A stretch of DNA of 41,088 nt, from the NCBI GenBank assembly GCA_013416795.1, contig RQSC01000907.1, positions 136,131-177,218 on the forward strand. Direction: 5' to 3'. Shown piece after piece: positions 32,841 to 41,088 of this stretch (positions within the stretch are counted from its first letter, which is position 1; every line of letters begins with the position of its first letter). The notes beneath the pieces are model-generated. The model did no database searches. It was given only the letters and a program-made list of their open reading frames with translations, and was not told the origin of the DNA. The translations under genes and the position numbers were made by a program. The DNA is from Prasinococcaceae sp. CCMP 1430. Lineage: Eukaryota > Plantae > Prasinodermophyta.

Positions 32841-34239
32841 ATGGACGTCGACGCGTCGATATGGGGCGAGGACGAAGACACCATCGCGCTCCAGAATGAG
32901 CTTCAGGGCATGTCGGCGGAACAGATCCAACAGCGCACGCGCCTGATGGAGAACGAGATCCGCGTGCTCAAGGACGAGTCGACGCGGCTGAGCGAGGTGC
33001 AGAGCGGCATTCGCGAGCGTATCAAGGAGAACCAGGAGAAGGTGAAGCTCAACAAGCAGCTCCCGTACCTGGTCGGCAACGTCGTCGAAATCCTGGAGAT
33101 GAACCCCGACGACGATGAAGAGGAGGACGGCGCCAACGTCGACCTCGATGCGCAGCGCAAGGGGAAGTGCGTGGTGCTCAAGACGAGCACTCGGCAGACC
33201 ATCTTCCTGCCGGTTGTGGGGCTCGTGGACGCGAATGAGCTGAAGCCGGGGGACCTGGTCGGCGTCAACAAGGACAGCTACCTCATCCTCGACACCCTCC
33301 CCGCCGAGTACGACTCGCGTGTAAAGGCGATGGAGGTGGACGAGAAACCCACAGAGGACTACACGGACATCGGCGGGCTGGACAAGCAGATCCAGGAGCT
33401 CGTCGAGGCCATCGTTCTTCCCATGACGCACAAGGAGCGCTTCGACAAGCTCGGCATCAAGCCGCCCAAGGGTGTGCTGTGCTACGGCCCTCCGGGCACG
33501 GGCAAGACGCTCATCGCTCGCGCCTGTGCCGCACAGACAAACGCGTGCTTCTTGAAGCTCGCGGGCCCGCAGCTCGTGCAGATGTTCATTGGCGATGGCG
33601 CAAAGCTCGTGCGGGACGCGTTCACGCTGGCCAAGGAGAAGGAGCCCGCGATCATTTTCATCGATGAGATCGATGCCGTGGGCACCAAGCGCTTCGGTTC
33701 GGACACCAACGGCGACCGCGAGGTGCAGCGCACCATGCTTGAGCTGCTCAACCAGCTGGACGGATTCTCCAGCGACGTCAGCGTGAAGATCATCGCGGCT
33801 ACCAACCGAGCGGACATCCTGGACCCCGCGCTCATGCGGTCGGGCCGCCTCGACCGCAAGATCGAGTTCCCGCACCCCAACGAAAGCGCGCGCGCGCAGA
33901 TCCTGCGGATTCACTCGCGCAAGATGAACGTCAACGCCGACGTCAACTACGAGGAGCTGGGCCGGTCGACGGACGACTTCAACGCCGCGCAGCTGAAGGC
34001 CGTGTGCGTGGAGGCGGGCATGCTCGCGCTGCGCCGCGACGGCACGGAGGTCAACCACGAGGACTTCGTCGAGGGCATTGTGCAGGTGCAGGCGAAGAAG
34101 AAGGGTGCGTCGCGTGCGCAGCAGCTGCGCGCGCGCCGATGCTGCGCGTGATGCCTGTGGTCGCCGACGTCCGCTGACAAACGCGCTGGGCCGCGCCGCC
34201 CACCGCTGCTGCGCAGCCACGCACTCCTACTACGCCTAG
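32841..34239 (+). CDS. RPT5: 26S proteasome regulatory AAA-ATPase subunit RPT5 (PSMC3)
   Basis: join(32841..34104,34217..34239) gives the typical end [76 protein letters not shown] directly follows a CCACAG acceptor. Confidence 0.96.
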
Positions 34240-34352
34240 CTCGGAGGCGCCTCACGCGCATCGCCGCCGCTGTTTAATAAACCATCAGTATGATACACGC
34301 ACGATGTGTGAAACTGTAGGACAGCTCAAGAAGTGCCTTTGCATTGCTGTCT

Positions 34353-35138
34353 CTAGCTGCTCGCGTCAGCCTCGAAGGTCACTCTCTCGGTGACCCACGC
34401 CCCTTGGCACAAGCCGAAGTCTCTCCGCTTCAGCACGAATGTGTACGTCGCGGGCGGCACGTTTGCCTTCGCGTGCGGCAATACGCGGGCCACGACGGTC
34501 GCGCGCGCCGCCTCCCCCTGTCCCACCTCCTCGCATGACAGCACCTCGTAATTCAGCAGGTCGCGGAGGTGGGGCAGCTCACTCATCTTGCCCATGAAAT
34601 GGTCTAAGTGGTACAGGCTCGAACTCTTGCCAAGGAAGTAGCGGGAGAGCTCCATGCCTCCCGCCCCCTCACAGAAACTTCTCGCCCAATCGGCAGAGAG
34701 AGACACAGAAAGTGAGGGTGGGAGGGAGGGAAGGAGGGAGAGAGCAGCAGCAGCGGCGACAGCAGCGTCCACAAGCATAGTGCGCATGTCATGTGAGCAC
34801 GAGCGCGGGCGCAGGCGCGGGCGCGGGCGCAGGCGCAGGCGCGGGCGTTGGCGCACACACCTGTACAGGGTCGTGATGCCGTGATTCGCGAACGGCTCGT
34901 TGTTGTTGCGCATCGCATCGAGCTGCACGCACACGGCTTGCTCAGCACTGAGCTCGGTAGATGGGCCAACGAGCGGGTCGGCGCAGTTCTGCGGGTTGCG
35001 GAGTTCGTCGGGCAGGCCTCCGGGCACGAGCGACGCGCGGGCGGCGCGTGGCGGCCGCTGCGCCGAACCACCAACCCCGCGCCGCGCTGCCACCGCCGCA
35101 GCCGTCGCCGCTCGGGCCTGGGCCGACGCCGCCGCCAT
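34353..35138 (-). CDS. Plastid-targeted uncharacterised protein (DUF4864-like)
   Basis: Exons 35138..34861 and ~34677..34353 (weak AAG acceptor). A/R-rich transit peptide, PSTELSAEQAVCVQLDAMRNNNEPFANHG, YTFVLKRRDFGLCQGAWVTERV. Family assignment is from memory of the pattern. Confidence 0.6.
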   Translation of the reverse strand: MAAASAQARAATAAAVAARRGVGGSAQRPPRAARASLVPGGLPDELRNPQNCADPLVGPSTELSAEQAVCVQLDAMRNNNEPFANHGITTLYRCVRQRPRLRLRPRPRLRPRSCSHDMRTMLVDAAVAAAAALSLLPSLPPSLSVSLSADWARSFCEGAGGMELSRYFLGKSSSLYHLDHFMGKMSELPHLRDLLNYEVLSCEEVGQGEAARATVVARVLPHAKANVPPATYTFVLKRRDFGLCQGAWVTERVTFEADASS

Positions 35139-35551
35139 CGATGCCCCGGGCTGCCGCGGTGCAGGCACTGGCGCAGCCGGGGCGGGCGCTCGAGTGGTGC
35201 GTCGCGCTAGCACACGCCTTCACATCCAAAAACCAGAGAGATGCGGAGGCAGGAGAGCGGGAAAGCACGCGTCCCAGGGGAGCACGGCTCCTCCACGGCC
35301 ACCACCCCCAGGTGGGGAGGGGCTTGGCGGTGCAGCGCTCGCCTGGCCGCGACATGCGCGCTGGCGTGTCGCCTCTTTCAAACGGCATATGATACACTTA
35401 CTGGCTCGCGGCCGGCACGCACGGGCGCGGCGGCGGCAGCGAATGGCGACGGGGCGCCCCCCTCGCCCGCCCCGGGGCATGCACCTGCTTGCGCGCGCGC
35501 GCGCCTCGCCGGGCATCCGCTCCAGCGTCGGTGGCCCGGCCCGGGAGCTCA

Positions 35552-36566
35552 TTATGCCCTGGGCATCGCGATGTCGCGCAACGCCCAGAAGCCCAACACG
35601 TCCTCGTCGTCCACGTCCGCCTGCAGAGCGAGGAAGTGCAGCCCACCCACCTCGGCTTTCGCGTCTGCCCAATCGCGCGCCTCCTTGTCCGCCGCGGCGT
35701 CGTTGCGCGGCCACGTCGCATATCGGTAGCGCGTGGACACGCCCGCCTCCATCACCAGCGTCGCGCGAGAATCGTCCGCCTGCAGGGCCACCACCTCCAG
35801 CCCGCACGTCCACGCTGCCACGGCAGCCGCGCGCCGCGAGAGCGCGACCACGCCCGGCACGCTGGCGTTCATGTCCAGCCCCAGCTCGTCGGCGACGGCC
35901 TCCACGTCGATGGTGTCCCCGAACAGCGACCCGCCGCGCACGGACTTCGACTCCTCGATGAGCTCCCCAAGCTCCAGCTCCACGAACGCCCACTGCGAGC
36001 CCGCCAGTTCCTGGGGCAGGTCCTCGAGTGGGCCCTGCTCCGGCGCCATGAGCGGCGGGGCATTCGCCTGGAAGCCCGGGTGCACGGAGTACACGGTGTC
36101 GTAGCGCTCGTCGAGCCAGCTGATGAGCTCGGCGCACCGCCGCGACGGCACGGGCTTGATGCCCAAATCCTTGAGCGCGCGCGAGATGATGGTGTTCATC
36201 TGCGTGCGGAAGAAGCGCACCTTGGTCGGCATCACGCCGCCGTTCGCCTCGTCGGCGACGCGCTGCAGCGCGGACTTCAGGTTGGCGCTGTTCACCTTGT
36301 TGTTGGCGAAGTACTCGGCGTGCTGCACCGCACCCGTCTCGTCGCACACCAGCAGCTCCCACACCTTCTTGCCGCGCTCGTCGAGCATCGGCCGCGAGCA
36401 GAAGTCCAGCTGCCACGTATCGGCCGGCGCGGGCGGGCCGGCCGCCTCCAGCGCGGCGCCGTCGGCATCCGGCGCGGCGCCGGCGTCGGTGGTCGCCTGC
36501 GTGGACGCGGCCGCTGCGATCACCCCCCTGCCCCTCACCCTCCCGACCCGAGGTCCAGCGCGCCCC
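35552..36566 (-). CDS. TAB2: Tab2/ATAB2 family plastid RNA-binding protein; 5' end interrupted by n at 36567
   Basis: WQLDFCSRPMLDERGKKVWELLVCD, VRFFRTQMNTIISRAL, PVPSRRC..WLDERY..VY..HPGF, W..AK..GGLHFLALQ..GFWAL. Confidence 0.92.
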
Positions 36567-36884
36567 NGCACGCAAGAGTCTCCTCGATGGCGGCCTCGGC
36601 ACCGCTCACAAGCACACCCACCCCCCGCCAAAAAAAAACGCGGATTTGATCGCCGCGTGCCGACCCCCGAGGGGAACCCCGTGTCGAAACGCACCCGCGC
36701 AAAACCGCGGAAGGCGCTTTCGCTCGCGCTTTCGCGCGCCTCGGCCCCGGCGGGGTCCCGCGCCCCGCAAACGGATGACGCGCGCGCGCGCGCGCGGCTA
36801 GGTTTTCGGCATGCGCGCAGCGGGGCAGCGGCCGCGATCGCGCGGCGCGAGCGCGGGAGCGCGCGCGCGAGCGCTGTTTTCAGG

Positions 36885-37022
36885 TGCGTGTGTACGTGCG
36901 TGTGCCTGTTTTCGTGTGCGCGGTTCCGCGTTTTCGTGCGTGTGTGTGTGTGTTCGTGTGTGTGCGTGTGGGGGGAGTGTTTTCGTGTGTGTGTGTGGGT
37001 GGGTGTGGGTGTGAGTGTGCAT
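36885..37022 (+). repeat. Degenerate (TG)n/GT-rich simple repeat
   Basis: Multiple interrupted GTGTGT runs. Confidence 0.8.
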
Positions 37023-37436
37023 GTGATTTCGCCTCTTGGTGCCGAAAAGTTCCGCGAGGCTCCTCGCGGTGCGCGCGCGGCGTATTCGCTTCTTTGTTTT
37101 TTCGTGCCAGGTGCGCTCGCGCCGTCGCCGCCTCTTGCTTGGCCCGAAAACGATCCTGTGCTGCGTTGTGGGCGCGCGGCGGCAGCCCCGCGCGCGCTTG
37201 TTGGCGTGATAGTCCGGGCGCAACACCGCCTGCCAGGCATGCGTGATGTCGTTAGCGTCGAGATGGCACGCAGGCACACCCTCAAGGAGACACAAGAAGG
37301 CGCCTCCATAGAGAACCTTTGCGGTGTTAGAGAGCGACGCAAGGCGAGGAGGAGTACCACGAGGCGTGGGTGGACGACGACGCTGACTTCCTGTATTGGT
37401 TGGACGTTATAGCAGAGCGTGAGGACGCCGATGCGC

Positions 37437-37715
37437 TTAGCCGAAGGTCGCCACACTCCATTTATAGAGTCCAAAAGGTGTCGTGAACGCTGTTTCATGG
37501 CGATGGTCTGGGTGGACGAGAACCTGGTGATATCCGCTCCAAAGGTCAATGGCGGAGAGGACGGAGGCTCCCTGGAGGTGGTGGATGCACTCTTCGATAG
37601 TCGGAATAGGATATCGGTTCTTGATGGTCTGGGCGTTGAGTCGTACGTACGCAAGGCACATTCTGATCTTGTCCCGCTCGACCTTCATGAGGATCGGAGC
37701 TGAGTAGTCTTTCAT
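37437..37715 (-). mobile_element. Degenerate Ty3/Gypsy LTR-retrotransposon reverse transcriptase fragment
   Basis: YSAPILMKV..KIRMCLAYVRLNAQTIKNRYPIPTIEECIHHLQGASVLSAIDLWSGYHQVLV..TAFTTPFGLYKW..TFG then TAA; ends before the YxDD motif; no LTR seen. Confidence 0.9.
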
Positions 37716-38047
37716 TTTGGATTTTTTAGATTCACCTCGCGCGGGCGGGCCGCCGATCCGCGGCCCCCTTTGGGTTTTGAATTTTGATTTTTTGGGGTAA
37801 AGTTGTAGGGTTCATCGACGATGACGCCGATCGCGCCGGTGGCGATGCAGAAGATTGAGCGCGGTGCTGGGATCTGATCCGCCCCGTCGCCGCGCGGGGG
37901 CGCCGGCGGATTCCGCGGGGGCGAAACGCGCCTACCGGGCGTTCGCGCGGGTGCGCGCCGGTACGGCGTTTCGGCGGGCGGCGCGCGCGAAATCGAAAGC
38001 GGGTTCTGCGCGTCGGCGGGATCGCAGGGCGCTGCGCGCGCGCGCGC

Positions 38048-38158
38048 NNNNNNNNNNNNNNNNNNNNNNNNNNNNNNNNNNNNNNNNNNNNNNNNNNNNN
38101 NNNNNNNNNNNNNNNNNNNNNNNNNNNNNNNNNNNNNNNNNNNNNNNNNNNNNNNNNN
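38048..38158. other. Assembly gap (111 N)
   Basis: Run of N following a (CG)n tract. Confidence 0.9.
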
Positions 38159-38159
38159 G

Positions 38160-38843
38160 CGGCGAGCGGCGAGTGCGGTCGCCGAGGCCGACGCGTCCGC
38201 AGGCGCGAGCGGCCCGCCTGTCGCGCAGCTGCGCGCGTCGCGGGGCATCAGGCGCGAGCTCGCGGAGCGCGAGCGGCCGCTCTCCGAGTACATGGCGCTG
38301 CCCGCATCGCAGTACTCGGTGCTTGACGCCAAGCGCGTGGAGCGCCTGTCGGACGACACCTTCAAGTGCTTCGTGGGCGGGCTGGGCTTCCTGGGCGTGC
38401 GCGTAGAGCCCGTGCTCACGCTGCAGGTCAAGACCGCCGCGCGTGGCTGCTCGATTTCGCTGCTGTCCACCGAGCTGCAAGGCTCGCCGCTCATCGTCGC
38501 ACAGAACGATCGCTTCGACGCGCGCATGTGCAACGAGGTGAGCTACGCCGACGGCGGCTCCGATGGTGAGAAGGTCATCACATCGGAGGTGACGCTCGAG
38601 GTGGACGTGCAGGTGCCGTGGGCCTTCCGTGTGCTGCCCACGCGCGCAATCTCCGCCAGCGGCTCGGGCGTGCTCCAGGCGATGCTCAACCTGATGGTGC
38701 CGTCCTTCACCCAGCAGCTGGAGGCGGACTACATCAGCTGGGCGTCGGGCGACGACAGCCGGAAGGCGCTGGGCGACCTCACGCTGGACGAGGAGGCGCT
38801 CGAGGCCGAGAAGGAAAACTTGCAGGTCAAGGACCTGCTCTGA
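38160..38843 (+). CDS. DUF1997 family (START/SRPBCC-like) plastid protein; 5' end in gap
   Basis: Frame open from the gap (RRAASAVA.. transit-like). LSEYMALPASQYSVLD..VERLSDDTFKCFV, VEPVLTLQV, PWAFRVLP..GSGVLQAML, LEADYISWA. Confidence 0.85.
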   Translation, partial: RRAASAVAEADASAGASGPPVAQLRASRGIRRELAERERPLSEYMALPASQYSVLDAKRVERLSDDTFKCFVGGLGFLGVRVEPVLTLQVKTAARGCSISLLSTELQGSPLIVAQNDRFDARMCNEVSYADGGSDGEKVITSEVTLEVDVQVPWAFRVLPTRAISASGSGVLQAMLNLMVPSFTQQLEADYISWASGDDSRKALGDLTLDEEALEAEKENLQVKDLL

Positions 38844-40232
38844 GTGCGAGCGCCGTGCTCCGTGCTCCGTGGGATGTGTGTGTATAATAACAGTTGGCGC
38901 CGAAGGCGTCGGCGGCTCCATTTTGTGTGAGTGCACCCATCCTGTGTCGGCGCGCGCGCAGCACCGCCCGCCCTGAACAGCTCGCGCGAGCGCGACGCGC
39001 TTTGGAGCCGAGGCGCCGAGGTTGACGTCGTCGATGTGTCTGTCGCATGCGCGGCGGTTGTCGACGATCAGTGTGTCGTTGTGGGCGCGGCGCCTTGTGC
39101 CCCATCGCGTCACTGTGCGGACATTCGGTCGAGCCACTCGTCCTCGTTGCTTCTGCGAAGACCAGGGAAGGCGTTGCTGTACCTGTTTCACGGCAGCGTG
39201 TCACAGGCGCAGCGCGCGCGGTGGAGAGCACGTCAGCCAGGATGCACGGAACCACATGCAGCCAGGCGCGCCCGCGCACGTGCACGCGCACATTTGTCGC
39301 TCTGATTAGTGATGCGCTGAATGAATGGAAAAGCTAAAGATACTCATCGGGAAACCCGTCGTATGGATAGTCATCTTCATTGCGACCGTGCTCGCGTGCG
39401 TGCGTGCGCGCGCCTGCAAGTGTGGACAGTGTGTGTCCGGGGGAGGCCATGCGTACCATGGCGACACGCTTGTTGTACGAGTGAAGCGAGAGGTCCACTT
39501 GGAGTATCCACTCGGGGCATGGACAGCCGGGCACACGCGGCGGCAGCGGTAGGTGCACGGTCGTCATCGCACCCATGGCGTCGTGGTCCGCAGTCTGCAC
39601 GGCCACAGTCCTCCTCCGTCGCCGCGGTCGTCTCCGCCACGCACGCTTTTTTTCGCCCGCGGCTAGGGCGCCTGCATGCAGCACGGCGGCCGCGTCGGCC
39701 ACGCCGCTGCCGTTGGTCGAGCAGTTCCAGGCATATCGCACGCGCGCATCGGGGCGCGCCCCTCCAGGGAGCGCTTCACCCGCCCGCCATGTCGTCGCCG
39801 CGCGGGGCGGCCGCCGCCTGCTACCCGGGCACGCGCGCGCGCGACGCGTGTGGCAGCCCGGCGCGGCTTCCCAGCCGCCGCCGCCGACGCCGGGTTTCGC
39901 GCGTGTGCGCAAGGCGCGGACCGGGGAACGCAACACGTTGAACCCTATCGGATACACAACCGCATTCAACCCCAAAAATCGAACCCTAACAGCACGAACG
40001 CGCAGACGGTAGCCCTCCCTCTGGCGTGCCCTTTTGCGACGGGGTCTTGGTCATCCTCCCAGTCGTGGCGGCGGCCTCAGCCAGCCTGGGCGTCGCCTGG
40101 GATGAGACTGGTAGGAGCAGCGGCGGCTAGCCGTGGCGCAGAGATGTTTGTGAGCAGCCCCACCGCCAGACAGAGCGCGATCGCGAACCCGTTGGCCGAC
40201 GGACGACTGCGAGGCATGAATGCCTGCCCAGC

Positions 40233-40292
40233 GAGGATCTCACTGTGCTACTCCAGGCTGGAGAGGATCTCACTGTGCTACTCCAGGCTGGA
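40233..40292 (+). repeat. Perfect 30-bp tandem duplication
   Basis: GAGGATCTCACTGTGCTACTCCAGGCTGGA x2. Confidence 0.95.
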
Positions 40293-40445
40293 GAGAGACA
40301 GTGCCTCTCCGCTCCAATCGTGCCCTGGCAACTGACGCGCACACTGCCGCATTCAAGCATGCTACGGCTTTGTCGCGTCTTCGACTCGCCGCATTATAGC
40401 TAGTTGGCAGTACTTATTACTTGGTGGCGCAGAAGACGGCAGCGA

Positions 40446-41088
40446 TCAGCTTTCCTTGTGCTTCCTCTCCGCTCTCCACCGCGAGACGAACTTCTTCACA
40501 AAGACAGCGCTCGCTGCGATGGTGACGCCGTAGAGCACGCCCTCGGCGCCGGCGGCCCGGAGCGCGGGCAGCGCAATGCTGCGGCCAAGCACCAACCACC
40601 CTGCACCTGCTGCCGCGCCAGCGACCGCGCCGACAGCGACCTGCGCCACCGTGTGATAGCCCGCGTAGACGCGCAGCCAGGTGAGGAACGCGGCGAGAGC
40701 CTGCAGCGCCACAGCGCCACAGCGCGCCATAGGCGTCGCACCCACACCGCTGCCATCGCCGATTAGCAGCGCAGCGGCGACGAACGTCGCGAAGTAGTAC
40801 AGCGACTGCGCGTGCGAGCTCGGCATGCCCGGATCAGCCTTTCGCGCATCGGCCGGGCGGCTCTCATTGATGGCGAACTTGAGGGCGCGGCTGAAGAAGG
40901 AGTTGAGGATGGAGCCGACGAGGCACCAGCACGCCGCAGCGTTGTGATAGTACGCGACGGTGACAAAGGCCGCGCACGAGACCGTCCACTTGGTGCTCGC
41001 GTTGATGGCCTCCAGCACGCCTCGCATCGCGCCGCCGCCCGGCGTGCCGTCGGTGGCCGCTCCGGCCGCCGCCGCCGCCGCCGCTGCC
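40446..41088 (-). CDS. LPPE: Lipid phosphate phosphatase epsilon (PAP2 superfamily), 5' end outside window
   Basis: STKWTVS, LKFAINESRP (C1), DPGMPSSHAQ (C2), WLRVYAGYHTVAQVAVG (C3); frame open to the window end. Confidence 0.9.
   Translation of the reverse strand, partial: AAAAAAAAGAATDGTPGGGAMRGVLEAINASTKWTVSCAAFVTVAYYHNAAACWCLVGSILNSFFSRALKFAINESRPADARKADPGMPSSHAQSLYYFATFVAAALLIGDGSGVGATPMARCGAVALQALAAFLTWLRVYAGYHTVAQVAVGAVAGAAAGAGWLVLGRSIALPALRAAGAEGVLYGVTIAASAVFVKKFVSRWRAERKHKES

Noticed and set aside
37800-37860. Minus-strand IFCIATGAIGVIVDEPYN as a DNA methyltransferase DPPY motif
   Set aside because: DEPY is not the motif, and the surrounding frame has no other MTase motifs.
39480-39640. 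In-frame TGA in a Cys-containing frame (WVR-TGA-RPCTYRC) as selenocysteine
   Set aside because: No similarity to selenoprotein motifs I know and no SECIS identified.
40233-40295. Possible CRISPR-like repeat
   Set aside because: Two adjacent copies with no spacer, eukaryotic context, no cas genes.

Overview
Nuclear scaffold of a very GC-rich, gene-dense eukaryote. Plastid-targeted proteins (TROL/STR4, LIL3, TAB2, LPP-epsilon) point to a green alga; a prasinophyte-grade lineage is my inference, not shown. About 22 protein-coding genes with short GT-AG introns (GTGCG/GTACG/GTGAG donors, CTGAC branch sites): HACD/PAS2, TPR-tubulin-tyrosine-ligase, SMP-30, a small hypothetical ORF, a TPR protein, asparagine synthetase, DnaJ, CCDC81-like, ABCG, TROL, NCBP3, DUF1826, dPGM, SLY1, BCAT-like, LIL3, AP2M, RPT5, DUF4864-like, TAB2, DUF1997 and LPP-epsilon. 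Two N gaps and three single Ns hide several 5' ends. Standout observations: (1) a ~709 bp AT-rich, stop-free plastid chlN fragment lying antisense inside the apparent 5' end or first intron of TROL; (2) a box C/D snoRNA upstream of RPT5 with one guide for U6 snRNA A47 and one for the LSU rRNA C equivalent to human 28S C3787; (3) a degenerate Ty3/Gypsy RT fragment; (4) conserved genes with no findable first exon; (5) a multi-hairpin island upstream of AP2M; (6) recurring inverted (CCGA)n/(TCGG)n arrays. No tRNA, rRNA or CRISPR array was seen. All homology calls are from motif recognition, not database searches.
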